The notes: a model not told the origin generated them from the sequence alone. A stretch of 64,000 bases of DNA from Parcubacteria bacterium C7867-004 (GCA_001189075.1 LFCN01000006.1:386041-450040); one strand, 5' to 3'; positions 1-9,936 are shown, counted from the stretch's first letter. Numbers and translations are program-made.

Positions 1-1
1 C

Positions 2-361
2 GAGGAGATCCTAAAGGTCCTCGATATTCCGTATCACGTCGTCGTGAACTGTGGTGGCGACCTCGGCCTGGGTCAGGTGAAGAAGTACGACATCGAAGCC
101 TGGATGCCGGGCGAGAATAAATATCGTGAGACGCACTCCTCCTCCTATTTCCATGATTTCCAGACACGCCGTCTAAACATCCGCTACCGTGATGAGGATG
201 GCACGTTGAAGTTCGCACACTCGCTCAACAACACCGCTCTCGCGATGCCGCGTTTCCTTGCTGTGCTTGTCGAGAACTATCAGCAGGAGGACGGCACCAT
301 ACGCGTCCCGGACGCACTCATCCCGTATGTCGGAAAGGAAATCCTGGGACATACAGCCTAG
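2..361 (+). CDS. serS: seryl-tRNA synthetase, C-terminal fragment (gene starts upstream of the window)
   Basis: The translation (NCGGDLGLGQVKKYDIEAWMPG...TRRLNIRYRDEDG...) matches the class II SerRS motif 3 / C-terminal region. The ORF is open to the window edge. Confidence 0.85.
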   Translation, partial: EEILKVLDIPYHVVVNCGGDLGLGQVKKYDIEAWMPGENKYRETHSSSYFHDFQTRRLNIRYRDEDGTLKFAHSLNNTALAMPRFLAVLVENYQQEDGTIRVPDALIPYVGKEILGHTA

Positions 362-422
362 AGCCAAGGCGAAGTCCTCGCCAACTCCAGCAAAGTCGAG
401 AAGCGCGAGCGCTCCGCGGTCG

Positions 423-1355
423 ATGAATGAGGTGAAGCCGCGTGCACGTGCTGTTGCACATGTACCCAAAGCCCGAGAGCAGGTCTCTGTCGCGCGGGTG
501 AGCGCGTCGAGCAAGAAGAACGTTACGATCTCCCGCGGAACGAAAGCCAAGCCGGAGAAGCGAGCGCCGCTCAAGAAAGTCCGCAAGGAGCGGAAGAAAG
601 CGATGCTCATATTTTTTGGCATACTCTCGGCGATTCTTATCCTGATCGGATTCTACGTCGTCTGGCTTCCCACACTCAGGATCAACGAGGTCGAGGCGAG
701 CGGACTCCATGCGGAAGAGGTGCGGGGCGTTGCGTTGCGTGCTACCTACGGAACCCATCTCTTCATCATCCCGAGGAACTCGATATTTTTCATACCGGAG
801 AGCGATATCCGCAAGGCGGTACTTGGCGCGTTCCCTGACATAGAAGCGATCTCGCTCTCGGCGAGCAACCTGAATACGCTCACGCTCACAAGTACGCCGC
901 GTGCGCTGGTGTTCGAGTGGTGCGGGACGTCGATCGAAGCGGCTTCGATCTGCTACTCCGCGAATGCGGAAGGCCTAGTCTTCGCGGAAGTCCCGCAAGG
1001 AGCTGCTACGACGTCGGTCCTTAAAGTGTATGGACCGCTTGATCGAGAGATAGGAGACTCGCCACTGCGTGCTCGCGTTTCGGTAGCGAATCGTCTTCCT
1101 GAAGTATTGCGCATGATACGCGCGGTTGAGACCCTCGGATCGGATGTAACGGCGCTCGCTATTCGCGAAGACGAAGCCGATCTCTATCTTCTTTCCGGAA
1201 CACGCGTGACGTATGTGATAGGGCGAGAAGAGCAGGCGGCAGGTCTTGCGGCGAGCGTATTCCCGCAGCTGAACTTGAATGACGGGTCAGTACTGTATGT
1301 CGATCTCCGATTCGACGGGAAGGTTTATTATCGAAAATCTCAGTCGCCGGAGTAA
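423..1355 (+). CDS. FtsQ/DivIB-like cell-division protein (basic N-terminal tail, one TM helix, POTRA-like region)
   Basis: A Lys/Arg-rich N-terminus is followed by a single TM helix (MLIFFGILSAILILIGFYVVWLP) and then a POTRA-like segment (LRINEVEASGLHAEEVRGV...). The start is uncertain; alternative in-frame ATGs lie at 258 and 327. Confidence 0.45.
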   Translation: MNEVKPRARAVAHVPKAREQVSVARVSASSKKNVTISRGTKAKPEKRAPLKKVRKERKKAMLIFFGILSAILILIGFYVVWLPTLRINEVEASGLHAEEVRGVALRATYGTHLFIIPRNSIFFIPESDIRKAVLGAFPDIEAISLSASNLNTLTLTSTPRALVFEWCGTSIEAASICYSANAEGLVFAEVPQGAATTSVLKVYGPLDREIGDSPLRARVSVANRLPEVLRMIRAVETLGSDVTALAIREDEADLYLLSGTRVTYVIGREEQAAGLAASVFPQLNLNDGSVLYVDLRFDGKVYYRKSQSPE

Positions 1356-1393
1356 ATAAAACAGCGCTTCAGGCAGAGACCTTAAAGCGCTGT
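1353..1393. terminator. hairpin (acagcgctt...aagcgctgt) between convergent genes; A/T runs on both sides
   Basis: A 9-bp perfect stem is followed on the minus strand by TTTTATTT. It overlaps the NUDIX stop codon. Confidence 0.4.
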
Positions 1394-1833
1394 AACAAAC
1401 GGGTGGTTGGCGGACCGAGGCACTTCAATCGACGGAGCATGCTCAGTTGCGCGACGTTGAAGTCGGAACGTGAGTGAACCTCGGCATAGGGAAGTATGTG
1501 AGTAATCTCACCTTCTTCACCGGTGGGCTTCAGGTGCCGCTCGATGACGTCAGCATCAAAGTGCGCTTCCCAGTAGTAGATGTCGTACTTGTTCCTTTTG
1601 CCTTGTCTGCTTGGTCGCGTAGTACGGAGCTTGAAGTCACCGCGGTTTCCCGGAAGTCCGGTCTCTTCGGCAAGCTCACGCTTTGCGGTGCATAAAGGCG
1701 TTCGGTCCTTTTCAATATCCCTCTTACCGCCAGGCAGATGCAAGATCGAGTTTTGCTCGACGGTAAGGATACCCTTTTGTGTCCGGACGATGACGCGGGC
1801 CGTCCAGTCATCCAAACGATTAAGTCTGGGCAC
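1369..1833 (-). CDS. NUDIX hydrolase
   Basis: Nudix box GGKRDIEKDRTPLCTAKRELAEETGL (GX5EX7REUXEEXGU). Confidence 0.8.
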   Translation of the reverse strand: MPRLNRLDDWTARVIVRTQKGILTVEQNSILHLPGGKRDIEKDRTPLCTAKRELAEETGLPGNRGDFKLRTTRPSRQGKRNKYDIYYWEAHFDADVIERHLKPTGEEGEITHILPYAEVHSRSDFNVAQLSMLRRLKCLGPPTTRLLQRFKVSA

Positions 1834-1942
1834 GCGACACCTCCTTTCCTTTTGGCGTAACGTTCGTTACGTGACACCCGTTCGCACTTTACTCGACGCG
1901 TCCCGCATTGTCGAACCAGACCCCTGCGGGTAGGATGACGCG

Positions 1943-2932
1943 ATGGATTCCTTCTGGAAAACACTCAAGAAACCGATATTTGCGCTCGCCCCGATGGCGG
2001 ACGTAACTGACCCCGCGTATCGCTCCCTCATAGCGGAATACGGGAAGCCGGACGTAACCTGGACCGAGTTTGTCTCGGCAGACGGCCTATACCATACGCG
2101 CGAGAAGAAAGGTCTATCCGATGCTGAGAATCCCCTTATGCGGGATCTCCTATATTCGGAGGCCGAGCGCCCGATAGTGGCACAGCTTTTTTCGAGTAAT
2201 CCCGAGATGATGGCGTACGCGTCCGAGCTTTGTGCGCGTCTGGGGTTCGACGGTATCGACATCAATATGGGCTGCCCGGATAAGTCCATCGAGAAACAGG
2301 GATGCGGCGCAGGCATGATAAAGACGCCGGAAGTCGCCAAGGCGATTATTCGTGCTGCCCGGGAAGGAGCGGCACGAGGAAAAGAGGGCGGATTGCCGGT
2401 CTCGGTTAAGACGCGCATCGGCTACAACCAGGAGACGATGGACGAGTGGCTCCCGCAGATCCTTTCGGAGAAGCCGGACGCACTCACGCTGCACCTGCGC
2501 ACCCGGAAAGAGATGTCGAAGGTGCCAGCACACTGGGACCTCATGCCTCGTGCGGTAGCCCTCAGGGATGAACACAGTCCTGAGACTGTTCTCCTTGGGA
2601 ATGGGGACATAATTGATCTTGCAGACGCACGCGCAAAGATTGCTGCGAGCGGATGCGACGGCGTAATGCTTGGTCGTGCAATATTCGGGAATCCGTGGCT
2701 GTTCACCGATCGCACGATGGAAGACGTCTCTCCGAAGGAACGGATCGAAGCACTCGCGCAGCTTGCTGAGCGATTCAGCGCACTTACACCCGCAAAGCAT
2801 TTCCATATCCTGAAGAAGCACTTCAAGGCTTTCATACAGGGCTGGCCGGGGGCAGCTGAGCTCCGTGGGAAGCTCATGGTAACGAATTCGCTCGAAGAGC
2901 TGCGAGAGATACTGTCCACATACAGGGTCTAA
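1943..2932 (+). CDS. dus: tRNA-dihydrouridine synthase
   Basis: N-terminal PIFALAPMADVTD motif and TIM-barrel flavoenzyme layout typical of DusB/Dus family. Confidence 0.85.
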   Translation: MDSFWKTLKKPIFALAPMADVTDPAYRSLIAEYGKPDVTWTEFVSADGLYHTREKKGLSDAENPLMRDLLYSEAERPIVAQLFSSNPEMMAYASELCARLGFDGIDINMGCPDKSIEKQGCGAGMIKTPEVAKAIIRAAREGAARGKEGGLPVSVKTRIGYNQETMDEWLPQILSEKPDALTLHLRTRKEMSKVPAHWDLMPRAVALRDEHSPETVLLGNGDIIDLADARAKIAASGCDGVMLGRAIFGNPWLFTDRTMEDVSPKERIEALAQLAERFSALTPAKHFHILKKHFKAFIQGWPGAAELRGKLMVTNSLEELREILSTYRV

Positions 2933-2946
2933 GTTATACTGTCCGC

Positions 2947-3975
2947 ATGGCACATCAGTCGCTCTACCGGCAGTATCGTCCCGCCTCTTTCAAGGACGTC
3001 ATCGGACAAGATCAGGTGGTGAAGCCGCTCGAGGAGCAAATAGCGAATGGGAAAGTCGCGCATGCGTACCTGTTCGCGGGCTCACGCGGATTGGGGAAGA
3101 CAAGCATCGCGCGCATCTTCGCTCGCGAGCTCGGCACGAACGAGCGCGACATCTATGAGATCGACGCCGCTTCGAACAACAGTGTCGAAGACATCCGTTC
3201 GCTCGCCGAGCAGATCTATACGTTGCCGTTCACTTCGACCCACAAGGTCTATATCCTCGACGAGGCGCACATGCTCTCCAAGAGCGCTTGGAACGCGTTC
3301 CTGAAGACGCTCGAGGAGCCGCCGGCCCACGCGATATTCATACTTGCGACTACCGAACTCGATAAGGTGCCGGAAACGGTACAGTCCCGCTGCCAGGTGT
3401 TCCAGCTTAAGAAACCGGCGCGCGCCGTACTTGCGAAGTTGATCATTGAGGTCGGAAAGAAGGAGACCTATGACGTCGAACCGGCAGCGGCAGATCTTAT
3501 AGCTATGCTTGGCGACGGTTCGTATCGCGATGCGCTCTCGGTGCTCGAGAAAGCGCTGGCGTCCGCGACAGGAAAAAAACTAACGCGCGAAACAGCCGAG
3601 CACGCCACCGGCGCGCCAAAGCACGCGCTTGTGCATGCGCTCGCGCTCGCGCTGTCGTCCGGTGACACCGCTACTGCCCTCGCGACCATACGACGCGTAT
3701 CAGAAGAGGGAATCGATATGCAGCTCTACTTAACGCTCGTGCTTGAGTATCTGCGGCAGATTCTCCTCCTTCGTCATGCGCCGGAGTTGCGTGCAGAGCT
3801 CGCGGAAGAGCTCGGCGAAGATAGCTCTAAGGAAGCGAACGAGCTTGCAGCTGACAGGGAATCAAAGCTCGATTACGGTACGCTCAAAGTGTTTCTTGAT
3901 GCCGCATCACGCATCCGGTTTGCTCCCATCCCTGCTCTACCGCTCGAGCTCGCGGTACTCGAGCTTTCGAAGTAA
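2947..3975 (+). CDS. dnaX: DNA polymerase III subunit gamma/tau (short form, 342 aa)
   Basis: YRQYRPASFKDVIGQ...HAYLFAGSRGLGKTSIARIFAREL (Walker A), ILDEAHML (Walker B), SRCQ sensor. There is no long tau C-terminal extension. Confidence 0.8.
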   Translation: MAHQSLYRQYRPASFKDVIGQDQVVKPLEEQIANGKVAHAYLFAGSRGLGKTSIARIFARELGTNERDIYEIDAASNNSVEDIRSLAEQIYTLPFTSTHKVYILDEAHMLSKSAWNAFLKTLEEPPAHAIFILATTELDKVPETVQSRCQVFQLKKPARAVLAKLIIEVGKKETYDVEPAAADLIAMLGDGSYRDALSVLEKALASATGKKLTRETAEHATGAPKHALVHALALALSSGDTATALATIRRVSEEGIDMQLYLTLVLEYLRQILLLRHAPELRAELAEELGEDSSKEANELAADRESKLDYGTLKVFLDAASRIRFAPIPALPLELAVLELSK

Positions 3976-4836
3976 ATGGCATCCTTTTCCCACAACACGC
4001 GGGAATCAGTCGTGTCGCTCATCGTGCTTGTGGTTGTTGGTGCCGGTAGCTATGCCTATTACAGCACTGTTATACATCCGCAGCCGTGCACGAGCGTAAA
4101 GACGTACACCATAGGGACATTCGATGCGAAGTTCGGCTTGAGTAAGGCGGACTTCATGGATGCGATCAATGACGCTGCGGCGGTATGGAATACTGCCGCG
4201 GGCAAGTCAGTGCTTGCGTATGACGAGCAGGGTACCATTCCTGTCAGTCTCGCCTATGACGAGCGACAGCAATCGGTCGAGCTTCGCGAATCGATCGACG
4301 CCGAGCAGGAGACGTACGAGTCGAAGGCGGCACGGGTGGATGCACGTAAGAAGGAACTCGATAAAGATCGTGAGGCATACGAGGTCTTGAAAGCGTCTAT
4401 AGAAGCGAGGAGCAAGAACGCCAACACCCTTACACCTGACGAGCGCGCAGAGCTTAATGCGGACATACGGTTGTTGAATACCATGGTCGGGAGGCTGAAC
4501 AATAATTCAGCGGAACTCAATGTGCAGATAAAGGCGCTGAACGCGCTTGCGGCAAATACGAATGAGAAGGTGAGCGCGTATAACAGCGTGAATGCCGGTA
4601 CGGATTTCGACCAGGGGCGGTATGTGCGGGATGGGGAGGGAGAGCGTATAACGATCTACGAATTCGAGAGCAAGAACGAGCTGACTCGCGCGCTCGCGCA
4701 TGAATTCGGGCATGCGCTCGGTCTGGATCATAACGAAGATCCTGCCTCGATAATGTATCCATACAACAAGGCAGGAAGCCTGACGCTGAGCGAGAATGAC
4801 TGGAACGCATTCATGGCTATCTGCAAGCTTAAGTAG
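3976..4836 (+). CDS. membrane-anchored matrixin-type metzincin zinc metalloprotease with coiled-coil insertion
   Basis: N-terminal TM helix, HEFGHALGLDHNEDPASIMYP (HExxHxxGxxH plus Met-turn). The matrixin-like N-terminal half is separated from the zinc site by a ~130-aa heptad-rich segment. Confidence 0.7.
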   Translation: MASFSHNTRESVVSLIVLVVVGAGSYAYYSTVIHPQPCTSVKTYTIGTFDAKFGLSKADFMDAINDAAAVWNTAAGKSVLAYDEQGTIPVSLAYDERQQSVELRESIDAEQETYESKAARVDARKKELDKDREAYEVLKASIEARSKNANTLTPDERAELNADIRLLNTMVGRLNNNSAELNVQIKALNALAANTNEKVSAYNSVNAGTDFDQGRYVRDGEGERITIYEFESKNELTRALAHEFGHALGLDHNEDPASIMYPYNKAGSLTLSENDWNAFMAICKLK

Positions 4837-4884
4837 AGTGCTTGTCCTCGACTCTCCATCGGATTAGAGTGAGGAAGTTCCAAT

Positions 4885-4955
4885 TGGGAGATCGTCTAAT
4901 GGTAGGACAGGGGCCTTTGAAGCCCTCAATCTAGGTTCGATCCCTAGTCTCCCAG
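4885..4955 (+). tRNA. tRNA-Gln (anticodon UUG), no encoded CCA
   Basis: Hand-folded cloverleaf: perfect 7-bp acceptor stem tgggaga/tctccca, D arm gtct-aatggta-ggac, anticodon loop cuUUGaa, T arm ctagg-ttcgatc-cctag, discriminator G. Confidence 0.8.
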
Positions 4956-5014
4956 CAGCTATCCAGTTAGTAGTTTGAGACCGTGCGCCAAGAACTGCTA
5001 TAGTGTGATGGTCT

Positions 5015-7063
5015 ATGGCTGACGCAAATCTCCTGGCCGCTATTACCGAAAAGCGCAAACAAGGCGCTACCGATGATCAGATCGTTGATCTCCTTAAGCA
5101 GCAGTGGACGTCTGGCGACATACGCGGCGCGCTCGCGCTCGAGGCGCTCGGAGAGATCGGCAAAAAGCGTGGCGACTATCGTCTCGTAACCGAAGTCGAG
5201 GGAATAACCGTACCGGTGAAAACCGTATCTGGTTCCTTGAGCGCACCTTTTATCGCGCTCGTAACTGTTCTCGTAGTAGTTGCGGCAGGCGCATATGCGT
5301 ATCTGGGTCCTGAAAACATCGGCAACGGCCTCCTCGGAATTGGGAAGACCGTAAAGGAGGTGCCGCTGATTACCGGGGAGCTTACCGATACAGAGCGTGC
5401 TTATACGCATACCTATACGTTTGCGAGCAGTGCCCCTGCGCAGTACTCAAATCCTTCTGCGCCGCGAGCGTCCTCGGGTGGCAGTACGAAGCCCGCGACG
5501 ACTCCCGCCGCTCCCTCGACTCCTGTTTCTCCTACCAAGCCTGCCGAAAGCCCGGCTACGGTTGCGGTTACGCCAAAACCGAGCGCTCGGCTCTCACTCA
5601 GTGTAAAGACTATCGCGCCGGGTGCGACAGCGACTCTGAGCTGGAGCTCGAAGAACGCGACGTCTTGCAGCTCGAGCGGATTTGATATTGCCGGAAAGCA
5701 AAGTGGCAGCCTTGTGGTAAGTCCATTGGTGAGCACAACCTTCACTGTTTCTTGTACGGGTGCTGGTGGCACCGATTCTGACTCGACGACTTTAACCGTT
5801 GCTGCAGCAGAAACCCCTACACCAACCCCGACACCCACTCCCACTCCCACTCCCACTCCCACCCCTACACCAACTCCTACCCCTACCCCTACACCTACAC
5901 CTACACCAACCCCGACACCGACACCGACGCCAACTCCTACACCAACCCCTACGCCGGGACCAGGCGGATCAATCTCCATCACCGCACCCGAACTTATGGC
6001 TGCTCTGCAGCGCGCAAGTCCCGGCGATACGATTACGGTATCTGGTGATGTTAGGTTCACTGACGCGTGGCCTGCGATAAACATAGCGGCCCCGGGCGTG
6101 ACGGTGCGTGCAGCGTCAGGAGCCACTCTCAATGGCTGGAAATTTACCGGTAGCGGTATCACCTTCGATCGCTTCAAGATCGAGTCCACCGGTCTTATCG
6201 GAACGAGCGTCGCGTCACCTATCGTCGTCAGTAACGCGGAAGTCACGAGTTCAGCAGGCGCAGTCCCGGGAAACGCTGTCGGTATCATACTTATGGGTAA
6301 GGGACTGACGGTAAAGGACAGCAACTTTCATGATCTGACCGGAGGGATCAGTCTCCAAGCAAATGATCACGTTACGATTAAGAACAACAATTTCCGGGAT
6401 CATTACCGGGATACTATCTCGGGGAGGATGGCCTCTGATTTGATCATAGAGGGGAATCATTTTACCGCCTTCATCGGTCCGGCCGAACACCTTGATGTGG
6501 TCCAGCTTATCGGCGGGATGAACAATGTGAAGATAAGTAAGAACGTCATAGAGCGCGGTACGACGCGATTCGGCGACCCTGGTACGCCAGCGCAAGGATT
6601 CTTCCTCACTGAAGGCAATTATCAGAATATCGATATCCGCGGTAACGCCATGCGCGGGACCGCGTGGCACGGTATCACCATAAGCCGTCCGATCTCGGGG
6701 TACGTAGAGGACAATTTCGTGCAGGGAGACGGAATTCCGTATGGATCGGTCGGGATCATAACGCCGTGGATCAGGCAGGATAACGCGGGTGATGCGTTCG
6801 AGATTCAGAATAATATTGCTACCGCATATAATGGCTGGCCATCAGATTGTTGTGGAAATCAACTTATATCGAATCCCGCAGCAGGAGACCGATCGGCCTT
6901 TGAGGCTTTCCTCAGCTCTCATGGGTTGCATGCTTCCGCTGCGTCTCCTTCCTATGCAGCGGAGGAAGACCCTGCTCAGCAGATGGCTGCGGTGGGTACG
7001 CTATTGCCGCTGCTCGAGATGCTGTATCAGAAGTTGATCGAATTCCTTCGGTCGCTACTATAA
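5015..7063 (+). CDS. secreted/surface protein: N-terminal TM or signal anchor, Pro/Thr-rich linker, right-handed parallel beta-helix (pectate-lyase-like) repeats
   Basis: A hydrophobic segment near the N-terminus is followed by a long (TP)n run. The C-terminal half has repeated NNNF/ISG/GN motifs typical of PbH1 beta-helix repeats. Confidence 0.6.
   Translation: MADANLLAAITEKRKQGATDDQIVDLLKQQWTSGDIRGALALEALGEIGKKRGDYRLVTEVEGITVPVKTVSGSLSAPFIALVTVLVVVAAGAYAYLGPENIGNGLLGIGKTVKEVPLITGELTDTERAYTHTYTFASSAPAQYSNPSAPRASSGGSTKPATTPAAPSTPVSPTKPAESPATVAVTPKPSARLSLSVKTIAPGATATLSWSSKNATSCSSSGFDIAGKQSGSLVVSPLVSTTFTVSCTGAGGTDSDSTTLTVAAAETPTPTPTPTPTPTPTPTPTPTPTPTPTPTPTPTPTPTPTPTPTPTPTPGPGGSISITAPELMAALQRASPGDTITVSGDVRFTDAWPAINIAAPGVTVRAASGATLNGWKFTGSGITFDRFKIESTGLIGTSVASPIVVSNAEVTSSAGAVPGNAVGIILMGKGLTVKDSNFHDLTGGISLQANDHVTIKNNNFRDHYRDTISGRMASDLIIEGNHFTAFIGPAEHLDVVQLIGGMNNVKISKNVIERGTTRFGDPGTPAQGFFLTEGNYQNIDIRGNAMRGTAWHGITISRPISGYVEDNFVQGDGIPYGSVGIITPWIRQDNAGDAFEIQNNIATAYNGWPSDCCGNQLISNPAAGDRSAFEAFLSSHGLHASAASPSYAAEEDPAQQMAAVGTLLPLLEMLYQKLIEFLRSLL
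5809..5958 (+). repeat. tandem hexanucleotide (ACN-CCN)n repeat of ~25 units encoding (Thr-Pro)n
   Basis: Direct reading shows acccctacaccaaccccgacacccactcccactccc... The mirror ORF on the minus strand reads (GV)n. Confidence 0.9.
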
Positions 7064-7078
7064 TCTGTCGCTCAGCAC

Positions 7079-7468
7079 ATGCACAAAGACATACGTTCCT
7101 ATAACGCAGCACAATCGAAGGAAGATACGAAGATCTGCAATCTCCTCATGGCGCAAATAGACCGTGAACTCCCCAATGCCGAAAGCAAGATATGGCACGC
7201 GCATCCGGTGTGGTTTCTTGAAGGGAATCCGATTGTCGGATACAGCAAGCTCAAGGATTCAGTGCGCCTGCTGTTTTGGAGCGGGCAGTCGTTTGATGAA
7301 AAAGATTTGAAGCCAGAGGGGAGCTTTAAGGCGGCTGAGGCTCGGTATACCGAAACAAGCCAGATACGGGAGAAGGATCTGCATCGATGGCTTACAAAAG
7401 CGAAAACGATCCAGTGGGACTACAAGAACATTGTAAAACGTAAGGGCACGCTAGTACGCCTCTCCTAG
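7079..7468 (+). CDS. DUF1801 (YdhG-like) domain protein
   Basis: A ~130-aa protein with a W..HP.W...G.P..GY....V.L.FW.G pattern resembling DUF1801. Product not recognised beyond this. Confidence 0.4.
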   Translation: MHKDIRSYNAAQSKEDTKICNLLMAQIDRELPNAESKIWHAHPVWFLEGNPIVGYSKLKDSVRLLFWSGQSFDEKDLKPEGSFKAAEARYTETSQIREKDLHRWLTKAKTIQWDYKNIVKRKGTLVRLS

Positions 7469-7478
7469 CTACCACAAC

Positions 7479-8213
7479 ATGAAAAGATTCAACCCTGCAC
7501 ATTTGTTCCATGCTTTTCCCACGAAGAAACGGTTGTATATAAGTCTGGCGCTACTCGTTAGCAGTATTGCTCTTGGTGGAGCGTATGCGTACCTGCAAAT
7601 GCAGGACTCAGCTCTTCCCAATGATGAGGTCATAGGGTTCTCGAATGCGTCCCTCGAAGCCATTGCCGAGGGTCAGACCATGACGCAGCTGATGCCCGAT
7701 GCGGACGGTCCGATCTCGGTCTATCTATACTCTCCGGACGACGCGGGGGACGGCGGACTGCATTTTCTCAGCATTGAGACCGGCGCCGAGTGCGATTTCA
7801 GAGGACACCTGATTAACGATGCGTACCTTTCTGCTGACTCAAAGAATGCCTACGTATTCAGCTATAGCGGATCAAATGAGTATCTCGACATTATCGATAC
7901 GGCCACCTGTATGCCGGTAGGAGCACGCTTGACCCTGACCGAATCCCCGCAAGCGGTGGTGGATCAGACCGACGCGCTTTCGACTGAAGAACTGAGGTCC
8001 GTCATTGTTGTTGGAGAGAAGCGAATACGAGCGCAGCATGCCTCGAAGGAAGATCGGACGCACCTACTCTTCTTCGAATACGCGATGATAGATGCATATA
8101 CTGGCCGCGTGAGCGACGACCCGACGGTCAATTCCACGTATTACTCGCTGGCCGCGTTGCTCGGGGATTGCTGGGCAACTACCGGGAGGTTGAAGTGTGG
8201 GGAAGACAGCTGA
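7479..8213 (+). CDS. hypothetical membrane-anchored/secreted protein
   Basis: N-terminal TM helix (LYISLALLVSSIALGGAYAY). No recognisable motif. Confidence 0.45.
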   Translation: MKRFNPAHLFHAFPTKKRLYISLALLVSSIALGGAYAYLQMQDSALPNDEVIGFSNASLEAIAEGQTMTQLMPDADGPISVYLYSPDDAGDGGLHFLSIETGAECDFRGHLINDAYLSADSKNAYVFSYSGSNEYLDIIDTATCMPVGARLTLTESPQAVVDQTDALSTEELRSVIVVGEKRIRAQHASKEDRTHLLFFEYAMIDAYTGRVSDDPTVNSTYYSLAALLGDCWATTGRLKCGEDS

Positions 8214-8467
8214 CCTATCTCTTGAAGCCTGAATGACCGACATGCCACCTGCGGCAGAACGGGCAGCGGTATGCATGAACCCCGCCGCCAAGACGCCGTA
8301 CTTCGCGCTCGGCATCCCGCTCATTCTTGTGCGTAACCTTGCGCCAGCAGGTCCGATGCCGCACCCAGAAGAAGCGGAAGATTGCTCGCAGAGTTCTCAT
8401 CAGGCAAGTATACGGCTTCGATAGTCTTCATGCTCCGTACAGCAAACTGCTATATACTCCTGCCACG

Positions 8468-9052
8468 ATGCAGTATTTTTTCGATTTCGACCGGACGGTC
8501 TTCGATACCGAAGCATTCAAGAAAGCCTTCAAGAAGCGACCACCCTTTCGCGATCTCCTGCGTCAGTTCCGGCATGTCATTGTTGAGGCGTTCGACCCGT
8601 CGTCAACGCTCTCGAAGCGACGTATCGCAGCGCGTACTCTTGGTACCTATGTAAGTCACCGGCGATTCGGGTTCATGCCCCAGGAGCTCAAAGAATACCT
8701 GTATCCCGATGCTGTAGCGTTCTTCACCGAGCACGGAAAGGATTGCACCATCGTTACCTATGGGGTACGCGCGTTCATAACCGCGAAGGTAGCCAACGCG
8801 CTCACGGATTTCCCGTTGAAGGACATCGTATATACGCACCAAAAGAAGGGCAGGACAATTCGCCGGCTTACCGCAGGCATAGAAGATCCCTGCATATTCG
8901 TTGATGATGCGGTTTTCCAGCTCGTCTCGGTCCGGAGAGCATGTCCGACCGTTTCCGTTATCGAGATACGTCGTGACGGTCGTCCGGGAGACGGCAGGTT
9001 TCCGGTTATAGCTTCGTTTGATGAGCTTCACAGTATTATCGCCTCAAAATGA
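8468..9052 (+). CDS. HAD-superfamily hydrolase
   Basis: N-terminal FDFDRTVFDTE (DxD motif I) and C-terminal FVDD motif. The long upstream in-frame extension from 8327 is probably non-coding. Confidence 0.55.
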   Translation: MQYFFDFDRTVFDTEAFKKAFKKRPPFRDLLRQFRHVIVEAFDPSSTLSKRRIAARTLGTYVSHRRFGFMPQELKEYLYPDAVAFFTEHGKDCTIVTYGVRAFITAKVANALTDFPLKDIVYTHQKKGRTIRRLTAGIEDPCIFVDDAVFQLVSVRRACPTVSVIEIRRDGRPGDGRFPVIASFDELHSIIASK

Positions 9053-9936
9053 CTATGAAAACACTTGCTATAGACCTCGCTACCGTACGCGTCTCCGCGA
9101 TCCTCAACACCGCAAGCGGCAGCTGTGACGTTGAGGCTGAGCAGGTCATGAGAGATCTGCTTGCGGACGCGGGCGTTAAGAACGCGACTCTGTGGTGCGG
9201 GGACGCCGGTCACATGGAGCAAGCATTCAAAGAAGCGAAAGCGCTCGCTCCCGATATCCTTATCGTCCTTGGCGGAGACGGCACCATCCGTGCGGGAGCA
9301 GAGGCCTGCTCAAGCGAAGGACCGTACTTGATCCCGCTTCCGGGAGGCACTATGAATATGTTGCCGAAAGCGCTATACGGGGATCGTTCATGGCAAGAGG
9401 CTCTGCGCGAGACGCTCGCCAATCCGTCGGTTAAGTCGGTCTCGGGAGGAACGGTAGGCGGTCGACAGTTCTTCATCGCCGCGATTGCCGGTGCACCGAC
9501 CCTATGGGCGCATGCGCGCGAGGCGCTACGCGAGGGAGACATCGGCGCAGCGATCGAGAAGGGGGTGCACGCATTTCAGAACATGCTCGCTATGACCATC
9601 AGCTACACATTCGGAACAGAACACGCCGGAGAGGCGGCAGCGGTTGCGATTATCTGTCCGCTGATCTCGGAGGTTATGCATGACGAAGAGCGCACGCTCG
9701 AGGCATGCGCCATCAGCGTGGAGAACGCGGGAGAAGTGCTCGGCTTCTGGTCTACTGCGGCATTCGGCGCCTGGAGGGATGATGCGAACGTAACGATTAC
9801 GAAGACACGCTCGATAACGCTTTCAGCTGCAGAACATTTGCCACTTATCCTGGATGGCGAAGCGATGGATCTAGGTGCGGAAGTTACCATCACGTTCGTG
9901 CCGGAGGCATTCAAGGCGCTCGTCCCTGTTTCCTAG
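9049..9936 (+). CDS. diacylglycerol-kinase-family lipid kinase (DAGK_cat/YegS-like)
   Basis: ILIVLGGDGTIRAGAEA (GGDGT motif) and overall size fit the family. Confidence 0.6.
   Translation: MTMKTLAIDLATVRVSAILNTASGSCDVEAEQVMRDLLADAGVKNATLWCGDAGHMEQAFKEAKALAPDILIVLGGDGTIRAGAEACSSEGPYLIPLPGGTMNMLPKALYGDRSWQEALRETLANPSVKSVSGGTVGGRQFFIAAIAGAPTLWAHAREALREGDIGAAIEKGVHAFQNMLAMTISYTFGTEHAGEAAAVAIICPLISEVMHDEERTLEACAISVENAGEVLGFWSTAAFGAWRDDANVTITKTRSITLSAAEHLPLILDGEAMDLGAEVTITFVPEAFKALVPVS

Noticed and set aside
5413-6324. 303-aa minus-strand ORF with a (GV)n run
   Set aside because: It is the mirror image of the (TP)n-coding repeat inside the well-supported + strand beta-helix gene, and so an artefact of the repeat.
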